DNA from: Eledone cirrhosa
Taxonomy: Eukaryota
Direction of reading: 5' to 3'
DNA length: 64,000 nucleotides
Assembly (NCBI GenBank): GCA_964016885.1
Contig: OZ024741.1
Span: 244,156,001-244,220,000 of the forward strand
Positions 38,901-53,900 of the stretch are shown one piece after another (within the stretch, counting starts at the first letter, position 1; each line of letters begins with the position of its first letter). Both the position numbers and the translations under genes were made by a program. The notes under the pieces are model-generated. The model did no database searches, was not told the DNA's origin, and saw nothing but the letters and a program-made list of their open reading frames with translations.

Positions 38901-41900
38901 GTGGACTTCAGCTTCCTCATTTAACATGGGCAGCTTTTCTTGAAAATCACACCACACACAGAAAATGTGTGTCTGCACAGGTACCAGTAATTACAGATCG
39001 ATCCGACCACGGGCGGCCGGCCCACGATCGAAAAGGTAACTCCGCCGGCAAATCCGCATTTTTGTGATTCGTTTCTTCGAAGCACACCATTCGCCGCCGG
39101 ACTTCAGCTTCCTCATTTAGCATGGGCAGCTTTTCTTGAAAATCACACCACACACAGCAAATCTGTGTCTGCACATTTACCAGTAATTACAGATCGATCC
39201 GACCACGGGCGGCCGGCCCACGATCGAAAAGGTAACTCCGCCGGCAAATCCGCATTTTTGTGATTCGTTTCTTCGAAGCACACCATTCGCCGCCGGACTT
39301 CAGCTTCCTCATTTAGCATGGGCAGCTTTTCTTAAAAATCACACCACACTCAGCAAATGTGTGTCTGCACATGTACCAGTACGTACAGATCGATCCGACC
39401 ACGGGCGGCCGGCCCACATTCGAAAAGGTTACTCCGCCTGCAAATCGTCATTTTCGGATTCGTTTTCTTCGAAGCACACCATTCGCCGGCGGACTTCAGC
39501 TGCCTCATTTAACATGGGCAGTTTTTCTTGAAGATCACACCACACACCGCCAATGAGTGTTTGCACATGTACCAGTAATTACAGATCGATCCGACCACGG
39601 GCGGCCGGCCCACGATCGAGAAAAAGGTAACTCCGCCGGCAAATAGTCATTTTTGTGATTCGTTTTCTTCGAAGCACACCATTAGCCGCCGGACTTCAGC
39701 TTCCTCATTTAGCATGGGCAGCTTTTCTTGAAAATCACACCACACACAGAAAATGTGTGTCTGCACAGGTACCAGTAATTACAGATCGATCCGACCACGG
39801 GCGGCCGGCCCACGATCGAAAAGGTAACTCCGCCGGCAAATCCGCATTTTTGTGATTCGTTTCTTCGAAGCACACCATTCGCCGCCGGACTTCAGCTTCC
39901 TCATTTAACATGGGCAGCTTTTCTTGAAAATCACACCACACACAGCAAATCTGTGTCTGCACATTTACCAGTAATTACAGATCGATCCGACCACGGGCGG
40001 CCGGCCCACGATCGAAAAGGTAACTCCGCCGGCAAATCCGCATTTTTGTGATTCGTTTCTTCGAAGCACACCATTCGCCGCCGGACTTCAGCTTCCTCAT
40101 TTAGCATGGGCAGCTTTTCTTGAAAATCACACCACACACAGCCAATGAGGGTCTGCACATCTACCAGTAATTACAGATCGATCCGACCACGGGCGGCCGG
40201 CCCACAATCAAAAAGGTAACTCCGCCGGCAAATTCGCATTTTTGTGATTCGTTTCTTCGAAGCACACCATTCGTTGGTGGACTTCAGCTTCCTCATTTAG
40301 CATGGGCAGCTTTTCTTGAAAATCACACCACACACAGCAAATGTGTGTCTGCACATTTACCAGTAATTACAGATCGATCCGACCACGGGCGGCCGGCTCA
40401 CGATCGAAAAGGTAACTCCGCCGGCAAATTCGCATTTTTGTGATTCGTTTCTTCGAAGCACACCATTCGCTGGTGGACTTCAGCTTCCTCATTTAACATG
40501 GGCAGCTTTTCTTGAAAATCACACCACACACAGAAAATGTGTGTCTGCACAGGTACCAGTAATTACAGATCGATCCGACCACGGGCGGCCGGCCCACGAT
40601 CGAAAAGGTAACTCCGCCGGCAAATCCGCATTTTTGTGATTCGTTTCTTCGAAGCACACCATTCGCCGCCGGACTTCAGCTTCCTCATTTAGCATGGGCA
40701 GCTTTTCTTGAAAATCACACCACACACAGCAAATCTGTGTCTGCACATTTACCAGTAATTACAGATCGATCCGACCACGGGCGGCCGGCCCACGATCGAA
40801 AAGGTAACTCCGCCGGCAAATCCGCATTTTTGTGATTCGTTTCTTCGAAGCACACCATTCGCCGCCGGACTTCAGCTTCCTCATTTAGCATGGGCAGCTT
40901 TTCTTAAAAATCACACCACACTCAGCAAATGTGTGTCTGCACATGTACCAGTACGTACAGATCGATCCGACCACGGGCGGCCGGCCCACATTCGAAAAGG
41001 TTACTCCGCCTGCAAATCGTCATTTTCGGATTCGTTTTCTTCGAAGCACACCATTCGCCGGCGGACTTCAGCTGCCTCATTTAACATGGGCAGTTTTTCT
41101 TGAAGATCACACCACACACCGCCAATGAGTGTTTGCACATGTACCAGTAATTACAGATCGATCCGACCACGGGCGGCCGGCCCACGATCGAGAAAAAGGT
41201 AACTCCGCCGGCAAATAGTCATTTTTGTGATTCGTTTTCTTCGAAGCACACCATTAGCCGCCGGACTTCAGCTTCCTCATTTAGCATGGGCAGCTTTTCT
41301 TGAAAATCACACCACACACAGAAAATGTGTGTCTGCACAGGTACCAGTAATTACAGATCGATCCGACCACGGGCGGCCGGCCCACGATCGAAAAGGTAAC
41401 TCCGCCGGCAAATCCGCATTTTTGTGATTCGTTTCTTCGAAGCACACCATTCGCCGCCGGACTTCAGCTTCCTCATTTAGCATGGGCAGCTTTTCTTGAA
41501 AATCACACCACACACAGCAAATCTGTGTCTGCACATTTACCAGTAATTACAGATCGATCCGACCACGGGCGGCCGGCCCACGATCGAAAAGGTAACTCCG
41601 CCGGCAAATCCGCATTTTTGTGATTCGTTTCTTCGAAGCACACCATTCGCTGGTGGACTTCAGCTTCCTCATTTAACATGGGCAGCTTTTCTTGAAAATC
41701 ACACCACAATCAGCAATTGTGTGTCTGCACATGTACCAGTAATTACAGATCGATCCGCCCACGGGCGGCCGACCCACGATCGAAAATGTAACTCCGCCGG
41801 CAAATTCGCATTTTTGTCATTCGTTTCTTCGAAGCACACCATTCGCCGCCGGACTTCAGCTTCCTCATTTAGCATGGGCAGCTTTTCTTGAAAATCACAC

Positions 41901-44900
41901 CACACACAGCAAATCTGTGTCTGCACATTTACCAGTAATTACAGATCGATCCGACCACGGGCGGCCGGCCCACGATCGAAAAGGTAACTCCGCCGGCAAA
42001 TCCGCATTTTTGTGATTCGTTTCTTCGAAGCACACCATTCGCCGCCGGACTTCAGCTTCCTCATTTAGCATGGGCAGCTTTTCTTAAAAATCACACCACA
42101 CTCAGCAAATGTGTGTCTGCACATGTACCAGTAATTACAGATCGATCCGACCACGGGCGGCCGGCCCACGATCGAGAAAAAGGTAACTCCGCCGGCAAAT
42201 AGTCATTTTTGTGATTCGTTTTCTTCGAAGCACACCATTAGCCGCCGGACTTCAGCTTCCTCATTTAGCATGGGCAGCTTTTCTTGAAAATCAAACCACA
42301 CACAGCAAATGTGTGTCTGCACATGTACCAGTAATTACAGATCGATCCAACCACGGGCGGCCGGCCCACGATCGAGAAAAAGGTAACTCCGCCGGCAAAT
42401 AGTCATTTTTGTGATTCGTTTTCTTCGAAGCACACCATTAGCCGCCGGACTTCAGCTTCCTCATTTAGCATGGGCAGCTTTTCTTGAAAATCACACCACA
42501 CACAGAAAATGTGTGTCTGCACAGGTACCAGTACGTACAGATCGATCCGACCATGGGCGGCCGGCCCACATTCGAAAAGGTTACTCCGCCTGCAAATCGT
42601 CATTTTCGGATTCGTTTTCTTCGAAGCACACCATTTGCCGGCGGACTTCAGCTGCCTCATTTAACATGGGCAGTTTTTCTTGAAGATCACACCACACACC
42701 GCCAATGAGTGTCTGCACATGTACCAGTAATTACAGATCGATCCGACCCCGGGCGGCCGGCCCACGATCGAAAAGGTAACTCCGCCGGCAAATCCGCATT
42801 TTTGTGATTCGTTTCTTCGAAGCACACCATTCGCCGCCGGACTTCAGCTTCCTCATTTAGCATGGGCAGCTTTTCTTGAAAATCACACCACACACAGAAA
42901 ATGTGTGTCTGCACAGGTACCAGTAATTACAGATCGATCCGACCACGGGCGGCCGGCCCACGATCGAAAAGGTAACTCCGCCGGCAAATCCGCATTTTTG
43001 TGATTCGTTTCTTCGAAGCACACCATTCGCCGCCGGACTTCAGCTTCCTCATTTAGCATGGGCAGCTTTTCTTGAAAATCACACCACACACAGCCAATGA
43101 GTGTCTGCACATCTACCAGTAATTACAGATCGATCCGACCACGGGCGGCCGGCCCACAATCAAAAAGGTAACTCCGCCGGCAAATTCGCATTTTTGTGAT
43201 TCGTTTCTTCGAAGCACACCATTCGTTGGTGGACTTCAGCTTCCTCATTTAGCATGGGCAGCTTTTCTTGAAAATCACAGCACACACAGCAAATGTGTGT
43301 CTGCATATGTACCAGTAATTACAGATCGATCCGACCACGGGCGGCCGGCCCACGATCGAAAAGGTAACTCCGCCGGCAAATCCGCATTTTTGTGATTCGT
43401 TTCTTCGAAGCACACCATTCGCCGCCGGACTTCAGCTTCCTCATTTAGCATGGGCGGTTTTTCTTGAAAATCACACCACACACAGCAAATCTGTGTCTGC
43501 ACATGTACCAGTACGTACAGATCGATCCGACCACGGGAGGCCGGCCCACATTCGAAAAGGTTACTCCGCCTGCAAATCGTCATTTTCGGATTCGTTTTCT
43601 TCGAAGCACACCATTCGCCGGCGGACTTCAGCTGCCTCATTTAACATGGGCAGTTTTTCTTGAAGATCACACCACACACCGCCAATGAGTGTTTGCACAT
43701 GTACCAGTAATTACAGATCGATCCGACCACGGGCGGCCGGCCCACGATCGAGAAAAAGGTAACTCCGCCGGCAAATAGTCATTTTTGTGATTCGTTTTCT
43801 TCGAAGCACACCATTCGCCGCCGGACTTCAGCTTCCTCATTTAGCATGGGCAGCTTTTCTTGAAAATCACACCACACACAGAAAATGTCTGTCTGCACAG
43901 GTACTAGTAATTACAGATCGATCCGAAGACGGGCGGCCGGCCCACGATCGAAAAGGTAACTCCGCCGGCAAATCCGCATTTTTGTGATTCGTTTCTTCGA
44001 AGCACACCATTCGCCGCCGGACTTCAGCTTCCTCATTTAGCATGGGCAGCTTTTCTTGAAAATCACACCACACACAGCAAATCGGTGTCTGCACATTTAC
44101 CAGTAATTACAGATCGATCCGACCACGGGCGGCCGGCCCACGATCGAAAAGGTAACTCCGCCGGCAAATCCGCATTTTTGTGATTCGTTTCTTCGAAGCA
44201 CACCATTCGCCGCCGGACTTCAGCTTCCTCATTTAGCATGGGCAGCTTTTCTTGAAAATCACACCACACACAGCAAATCTGTGTCTGCACATTTACCAGT
44301 AATTACAGATCGATCCGACCACGGGCGGCCGGCCCACGATCGAAAAGGTAACTCCGCCGGCAAATCCGCATTTTTGTGATTCGTTTCTTCGAAGCACACC
44401 ATTCGCTGGTGGACTTCAGCTTCCTCATTTAACATGGGCAGCTTTTCTTGAAAATCACACCACACTCAGCAATTGTGTGTCTGCACATGTACCAGTAATT
44501 ACAGATCGATCCGCCCACGGGCGGCCGGCCCACGATCGAAAATGTAACTCCGCCGGCAAATTCGCATTTTTGTCATTCGTTTCTTCGAAGCACACCATTC
44601 GCTGGTGGACATCAGCTTCCTTATTTAGCATGGGCAGCTTTTCTTGAAAATCAAACCACACACAGCAAATGTGTGTCTGCACAGGTACCAGTAATTACAG
44701 ATCGATCCGACCACGGGCGGCCGGCCCACGATCGAAAAGGTAACTCGGCCGGCAAATCCGCATTTTTGTGATTCGTTTCTTCGAAGCACACCATTCGCCG
44801 CCGGACTTCAGCTTCCTCATTTAGCATGGGCAGCTTTTCTTGAAAATCACACCACACACAGCAAATCTGTGTCTGCACATTTACCAGTAATTACAGATCG

Positions 44901-47900
44901 ATCCGACCACGGGCGGCCGGCCCACGATCGAAAAGGTAACTCCGCCGGCAAATCCGCATTTTTGTGATTCGTTTCTTCGAAGCACACCATTCGCCGCCGG
45001 ACTTCAGCTTCCTCATTTAGCATGGGCAGCTTTTCTTGAAAATCACACCACACACAGGAAATGTGTGTCTGCACAGGTACCAGTAATTACAGATCGATCC
45101 GACCACGGGCGGCCGGGCCACGATCGAAAAGGTAACTCCGCCGGCAAATCCGCATTTTTGTGATTCGTTTCTTCGAAGCACACCATTCGCCGCCGGACTT
45201 CAGCTTCCCCATTTAGCATGGGCAGCTTTTCTTGAAAATCACACCACACACAGAAAATGTGTGTCTGCACAGGTACCAGTAATTACAGATCGATCCGACC
45301 ACGGGCGGCCGGCCCACGATCGAAAAGGTAACTCGGCCGGCAAATCCGCATTTTTGTGATTCGTTTCTTCGAAGCACACCATTCGCCGCCGGACTTCAGC
45401 TTCCTCATTTAGCATGGGCAGCTTTTCTTGAAAATCACACCACACACAGCAAATCTGTGTCTGCACATTTACCAGTAATTACAGATCGATCCGACCACGG
45501 GCGGCCGGCCCACGATCGAAAAGGTAACTCCGCCGGCAAATCCGCATTTTTGTGATTCGTTTCTTCGAAGCACACCATTCGCCGCCGGACTTCAGCTTCC
45601 TCATTTAGCATGGGCAGCTTTTCTTGAAAATCACACCACACACAGGAAATGTGTGTCTGCACAGGTACCAGTAATTACAGATCGATCCGACCACGGGCGG
45701 CCGGGCCACGATCGAAAAGGTAACTCCGCCGGCAAATCCGCATTTTTGTGATTCGTTTCTTCGAAGCACACCATTCGCCGCCGGACTTCAGCTTCCTCAT
45801 TTAGCATGGGCGGTTTTTCTTGAAAATCACACCACACACAGCAAATGTGTGTCTGCACATGTGCCAGTAGGTACAGATCGATCCGACCACGGGCGGCCGG
45901 CCCACATTCGAAAAGGTTACTCCGCCTGCAAATCGTCATTTTCGGATTCGTTTTCTTCGAAGCACACCATTCGCCGGCGGACTTCAGCTGCCTCATTTAA
46001 CATGGGCAGTTTTTCTTGAAGATCACACCACACACCGCCAATGATTGGTTGCACATGTACCAGTAATTACAGATCGATCCGACCACGGGCGGCCGGCCCA
46101 CGATCGAAAAGGTAACTCCGCCGGCAAATACGCATTTTTGTGATTCGTTTCTTCGAAGCACACCATTCGCCGCCGGACTTCAGCTTCCTCATTTAGCATG
46201 GGCGGTTTTTCTTGAAAATCACACCACACACAGCAAATGTGTGTCTGCACAGGTACCAGTACGTACAGATCGATCCGACCACGGGCGGCCGGCCCACATT
46301 CGAAAAGGTTACTCCGCCTGCAAATCGTCATTTTCGGATTCGTTTTCTTCGAAGCACACCATTTGCCGGCGGACTTCAGCTGCCTCATTTAACATGGGCA
46401 GTTTTTCTTGAAGATCACACCACACACCGCCAATGAGTGTCTGCACATGTACCAGTAATTACAGATCGATCCGACCCCGGGCGGCCGGCCCACGATCGAA
46501 AAGGTAACTCCGCCGGCAAATCCGCATTTTTGTGATTCGTTTCTTCGAAGCACACCATTCGCCGCCGGACTTCAGCTTCCTCATTTAGCATGGGCAGCTT
46601 TTCTTGAAAATCACACCACACACAGGAAATGTGTGTCTGCACAGGTACCAGTAATTACAGATCGATCCGCCCACGGGCGGCCGGCCCACGATCGAAAATG
46701 TAACTCCGCCGGCAAATTCGCATTTTTGTGATTCGTTTCTTCGAAGCACACCATTCGCTGGTGGACATCAGCTTCCTTATTTAGCATGGGCAGCTTTTCT
46801 TGAAAATCAAACCACACACAGCAAATGTGTGTCTGCATATGTACCAGTAATTACAGATCGATCCGACCACGGGCGGCCGGCCCACGATCGAAAAGGTAAC
46901 TCCGCCGGCAAATCCGCATTTTTGTGATTCGTTTCTTCGAAGCACACCATTCGCCGCCGGACTTCAGCTTCCTCATTTAGCATGGGCGGTTTTTCTTGAA
47001 AATCACACCACACACAGCAAATCTGTGTCTGCACATGTACCAGTACGTACAGATCGATCCGACCACGGGAGGCCGGCCCACATTCGAAAAGGTTACTCCG
47101 CCTGCAAATCGTCATTTTCGGATTCGTTTTCTTCGAAGCACACCATTCGCCGGCGGACTTCAGCTGCCTCATTTAACATGGGCAGTTTTTCTTGAAGATC
47201 ACACCACACACCGCCAATGAGTGTTTGCACATGTACCAGTAATTACAGATCGATCCGACCACGGGCGGCCGGCCCACGATCGAGAAAAAGGTAACTCCGC
47301 CGGCAAATAGTCATTTTTGTGATTCGTTTTCTTCGAAGCACACCATTCGCCGCCGGACTTCAGCTTCCTCATTTAGCATGGGCAGCTTTTCTTGAAAATC
47401 ACACCACACACAGAAAATGTCTGTCTGCACAGGTACTAGTAATTACAGATCGATCCGAAGACGGGCGGCCGGCCCACGATCGAAAAGGTAACTCCGCCGG
47501 CAAATCCGCATTTTTGTGATTCGTTTCTTCGAAGCACACCATTCGCCGCCGGACTTCAGCTTCCTCATTTAGCATGGGCAGCTTTTCTTGAAAATCACAC
47601 CACACACAGCAAATCGGTGTCTGCACATTTACCAGTAATTACAGATCGATCCGACCACGGGCGGCCGGCCCACGATCGAAAAGGTAACTCCGCCGGCAAA
47701 TCCGCATTTTTGTGATTCGTTTCTTCGAAGCACACCATTCGCCGCCGGACTTCAGCTTCCTCATTTAGCATGGGCAGCTTTTCTTGAAAATCACACCACA
47801 CACAGCAAATCTGTGTCTGCACATTTACCAGTAATTACAGATCGATCCGACCACGGGCGGCCGGCCCACGATCGAAAAGGTAACTCCGCCGGCAAATCCG

Positions 47901-50900
47901 CATTTTTGTGATTCGTTTCTTCGAAGCACACCATTCGCTGGTGGACTTCAGCTTCCTCATTTAACATGGGCAGCTTTTCTTGAAAATCACACCACACTCA
48001 GCAATTGTGTGTCTGCACATGTACCAGTAATTACAGATCGATCCGCCCACGGGCGGCCGGCCCACGATCGAAAATGTAACTCCGCCGGCAAATTCGCATT
48101 TTTGTCATTCGTTTCTTCGAAGCACACCATTCGCTGGTGGACATCAGCTTCCTTATTTAGCATGGGCAGCTTTTCTTGAAAATCAAACCACACACAGCAA
48201 ATGTGTGTCTGCACATGTACCAGTAATTACAGATCGATCCAACCACGGGCGGCCGGCCCACGATCGAGAAAAAGGTAACTCCGCCGGCAAATAGTCATTT
48301 TTGTGATTCGTTTTCTTCGAAGCACACCATTAGCCGCCGGACTTCAGCTTCCTCATTTAGCATGGGCAGCTTTTCTTGAAAATCACACCACACACAGAAA
48401 ATGTGTGTCTGCACAGGTACCAGTAATTACAGATCGATCCGACCACGGGCGGCCGGCCCACGATCGAAAAGGTAACTCGGCCGGCAAATCCGCATTTTTG
48501 TGATTCGTTTCTTCGAAGCACACCATTCGCCGCCGGACTTCAGCTTCCTCATTTAGCATGGGCAGCTTTTCTTGAAAATCACACCACACACAGCAAATCT
48601 GTGTCTGCACATTTACCAGTAATTACAGATCGATCCGACCACGGGCGGCCGGCCCACGATCGAAAAGGTAACTCCGCCGGCAAATTCGCATTTTTGTGAT
48701 TCGTTTCTTCGAAGCACACCATTCGCCGCCGGACTTCAGCTTCCTCATTTAACATGGGCAGCTTTTCTTGAAAATCACACCACACTCAGCAAATGTGTGT
48801 CTGCACATGTACCAGTAATTACAGATCGATCCGACCACGGGCGGCCGGCCCACGATCGAAAAGGTAACTCCGCCGGCAAATACGCATTTTTGTGATTCGT
48901 TTCTTCGAAGCACACCATTCGCCGCCGGACTTCAGCTTCCTCATTTAGCATGGGCGGTTTTTCTTGAAAATCACACCACACACAGCAAATGTGTGTCTGC
49001 ACAGGTACCAGTACGTACAGATCGATCCGACCACGGGCGGCCGGCCCACATTCGAAAAGGTTACTCCGCCTGCAAATCGTCATTTTCGGATTCGTTTTCT
49101 TCGAAGCACACCATTTGCCGGCGGACTTCAGCTGCCTCATTTAACATGGGCAGTTTTTCTTGAAGATCACACCACACACCGCCAATGAGTGTCTGCACAT
49201 GTACCAGTAATTACAGATCGATCCGACCCCGGGCGGCCGGCCCACGATCGAAAAGGTAACTCCGCCGGCAAATCCGCATTTTTGTGATTCGTTTCTTCGA
49301 AGCACACCATTCGCCGCCGGACTTCAGCTTCCTCATTTAGCATGGGCAGCTTTTCTTGAAAATCACACCACACACAGAAAATGTGTGTCTGCACAGGTAC
49401 CAGTAATTACAGATCGATCCGACCACGGGCGGCCGGCCCACGATCGAAAAGGTAACTCCGCCGGCAAATCCGCATTTTTGTGATTCGTTTCTTCGAAGCA
49501 CACCATTCGCCGCCGGACTTCAGCTTCCTCATTTAGCATGGGCAGCTTTTCTTGAAAATCACACCACACACAGCCAATGAGTGTCTGCACATCTACCAGT
49601 AATTACAGATCGATCCGACCACGGGCGGCCGGCCCACAATCAAAAAGGTAACTCCGCCGGCAAATTCGCATTTTTGTGATTCGTTTCTTCGAAGCACACC
49701 ATTTGTTGGTGGACTTCAGCTTCCTCATTTAGCATGGGCAGCTTTTCTTGAAAATCACAGCACACTCAGCAAATGTGTGTCTGCACATGTACCAGTAATT
49801 ACAGATCGATCCGCCCACGGGCGGCCGGCCCACGATCGAAAATGTAACTCCGCCGGCAAATTCGCATTTTTGTGATTCGTTTCTTCGAAGCACACCATTC
49901 GCTGGTGGACATCAGCTTCCTTATTTAGCATGGGCAGCTTTTCTTGAAAATCAAACCACACACAGCAAATGTGTGTCTGCATATGTACCAGTAATTACAG
50001 ATCGATCCGACCACGGGCGGCCGGCCCACGATCGAAAAGGTAACTCCGCCGGCAAATCCGCATTTTTGTGATTCGTTTCTTCGAAGCACACCATTCGCCG
50101 CCGGACTTCAGCTTCCTCATTTAGCATGGGCGGTTTTTCTTGAAAATCACACCACACACAGCAAATCTGTGTCTGCACATGTACCAGTACGTACAGATCG
50201 ATCCGACCACGGGAGGCCGGCCCACATTCGAAAAGGTTACTCCGCCTGCAAATCGTCATTTTCGGATTCGTTTTCTTCGAAGCACACCATTCGCCGGCGG
50301 ACTTCAGCTGCCTCATTTAACATGGGCAGTTTTTCTTGAAGATCACACCACACACCGCCAATGAGTGTTTGCACATGTACCAGTAATTACAGATCGATCC
50401 GACCACGGGCGGCCGGCCCACGATCGAGAAAAAGGTAACTCCGCCGGCAAATAGTCATTTTTGTGATTCGTTTTCTTCGAAGCACACCATTCGCCGCCGG
50501 ACTTCAGCTTCCTCATTTAGCATGGGCAGCTTTTCTTGAAAATCACACCACACACAGAAAATGTCTGTCTGCACAGGTACTAGTAATTACAGATCGATCC
50601 GAAGACGGGCGGCCGGCCCACGATCGAAAAGGTAACTCCGCCGGCAAATCCGCATTTTTGTGATTCGTTTCTTCGAAGCACACCATTCGCCGCCGGACTT
50701 CAGCTTCCTCATTTAGCATGGGCAGCTTTTCTTGAAAATCACACCACACACAGCAAATCGGTGTCTGCACATGTACCAGTAATTACAGATCGATCCGCCC
50801 ACGGGCGGCCGGCCCACGATCGAAAATGTAACTCCGCCGGCAAATCCGCATTTTTGTGATTCGTTTCTTCGAAGCACACCATTCGCTGGTGGACTTCAGC

Positions 50901-53900
50901 TTCCTCATTTAACATGGGCAGCTTTTCTTGAAAATCACACCACACTCAGCAATTGTGTGTCTGCACATGTACCAGTAATTACAGATCGATCCGCCCACGG
51001 GCGGCCGGCCCACGATCGAAAATGTAACTCCGCCGGCAAATTCGCATTTTTGTCATTCGTTTCTTCGAAGCACACCATTCGCTGGTGGACATCAGCTTCC
51101 TTATTTAGCATGGGCAGCTTTTCTTGAAAATCAAACCACACACAGCAAATGTGTGTCTGCACATGTACCAGTAATTACAGATCGATCCAACCACGGGCGG
51201 CCGGCCCACGATCGAGAAAAAGGTAACTCCGCCGGCAAATAGTCATTTTTGTGATTCGTTTTCTTCGAAGCACACCATTCGCCGCCGGACTTCAGCTGCC
51301 TCATTTAACATGGGCAGTTTTTCTTGAAGATCACACCACACACAGCAAATGTGTGTCTGCACATGTACCAGTAATTACAGATCGATCCGACAACGGGCGG
51401 CCGGCCCACGATCGAAAAGGTAACTCCGCCGGCAAATTCGCATTTTTGTGATTCGTTTCTTCGAAGCACACCATTCGCTGGTGGACTTCAGCTTCCTCAT
51501 TTACCACGGGCAGCTTTTCTTGAAAATCACACCACACACAGCTAATGTGTGTCTGCACATGTACCAGTACGTACAGATCGATCCGACCACGGGAGGCCGG
51601 CCCACATTCGAAAAGGTTACTCCGCCTGCAAATCGTCATTTTCGGATTCGTTTTCTTCGAAGCACACCATTCGCCGGCGGACTTCAGCTGCCTCATTTAA
51701 CATGGGCAGTTTTTCTTGAAGATCACACCACACACCGCCAATGAGTGTTTGCACATGTACCAGTAATTACAGATCGATCCGACCACGGGCGGCCGGCCCA
51801 CGATCGAGAAAAAGGTAACTCCGCCGGCAAATAGTCATTTTTGTGATTCGTTTTCTTCGAAGCACACCATTCGCCGCCGGACTTCAGCTTCCTCATTTAG
51901 CATGGGCAGCTTTTCTTGAAAATCACACCACACACAGAAAATGTCTGTCTGCACAGGTACTAGTAATTACAGATCGATCCGAAGACGGGCGGCCGGCCCA
52001 CGATCGAAAAGGTAACTCCGCCGGCAAATCCGCATTTTTGTGATTCGTTTCTTCGAAGCACACCATTCGCCGCCGGACTTCAGCTTCCTCATTTAGCATG
52101 GGCAGCTTTTCTTGAAAATCACACCACACACAGCCAATGAGTGTCCGCACATCTACCAGTAATTACAGATCGATCCGACCACGGGCGGCCGGCCCACAAT
52201 CGAAAAGGTAACTCCGCCGGCAAATTCGCATTTTTGTGATTCGTTTCTTCGAAGCACACCATTCGCTGGTGGACTTCAGCTTCCTCATTTAGCATGGGCA
52301 GCTTTTCTTGAAAATCACACCACACACAGCAAATGTGTGTCTGCACATGTAACAGTACGTACAGATCGATCCGACCACGGGCGGCCGGACCACATTCGAA
52401 AAGGTTACTCCGCCTGCAAATCGTCATTTTCGGATTCGTTTTCTTCGAAACACACCATTCGCCGGCGGACTTCAGCTGCCTCATTTAACATGGGCAGTTT
52501 TTCTTGAAGATCACACCACACACAGCCAATGAGTGTTTGCACATGTACCAGTAATTACAGATCGATCCGACCACGGGCGGCTGGCCCACGATCGAAAAAA
52601 AGGTAACTCCGCCTGCAAATAGTCATTTTTGTGATTCGTTTTCTTCGAAGCACACCATTCGCCGCCGGACTTCAGCTGCCTCATTTAACATGGGCAGTTT
52701 TTCTTGAAGATCACACCACACACAGCAAATGTGTGTCTGCACATGTACCAGTAATTACAGATCGATCCGACAACGGGCGGCCGGCCCACGATCGAAAAGG
52801 TAACTCCGCCGGCAAATTCGCATTTTTGTGATTCGTTTCTTCGAAGCACACCATTCGCTGGTGGACTTCAGCTTCCTCATTTACCACGGGCAGCTTTTCT
52901 TGAAAATCACACCACACACAGCTAATGTGTGTCTGCACATGTACCAGTACGTACAGATCGATCCGACCACGGGAGGCCGGCCCACATTCGAAAAGGTTAC
53001 TCCGCCTGCAAATCGTCATTTTCGGATTCGTTTTCTTCGAAGCACACCATTCGCCGGCGGACTTCAGCTGCCTCATTTAACATGGGCAGTTTTTCTTGAA
53101 GATCACACCACACACCGCCAATGAGTGTTTGCACATGTACCAGTAATTACAGATCGATCCGACCACGGGCGGCCGGCCCACGATCGAGAAAAAGGTAACT
53201 CCGCCGGCAAATAGTCATTTTTGTGATTCGTTTTCTTCGAAGCACACCATTCGCCGCCGGACTTCAGCTTCCTCATTTAGCATGGGCAGCTTTTCTTGAA
53301 AATCACACCACACACAGAAAATGTCTGTCTGCACAGGTACTAGTAATTACAGATCGATCCGAAGACGGGCGGCCGGCCCACGATCGAAAAGGTAACTCCG
53401 CCGGCAAATCCGCATTTTTGTGATTCGTTTCTTCGAAGCACACCATTCGCCGCCGGACTTCAGCTTCCTCATTTAGCATGGGCAGCTTTTCTTGAAAATC
53501 ACACCACACACAGCAAATCGGTGTCTGCACATTTACCAGTAATTACAGATCGATCCGACCACGGGCGGCCGGCCCACGATCGAAAAGGTAACTCCGCCGG
53601 CAAATCCGCATTTTTGTGATTCGTTTCTTCGAAGCACACCATTCGCCGCCGGACTTCAGCTTCCTCATTTAGCATGGGCAGCTTTTCTTGAAAATCACAC
53701 CACACACAGCAAATCTGTGTCTGCACATTTACCAGTAATTACAGATCGATCCGACCACGGGCGGCCGGCCCACGATCGAAAAGGTAACTCCGCCGGCAAA
53801 TCCGCATTTTTGTGATTCGTTTCTTCGAAGCACACCATTCGCTGGTGGACTTCAGCTTCCTCATTTAACATGGGCAGCTTTTCTTGAAAATCACACCACA

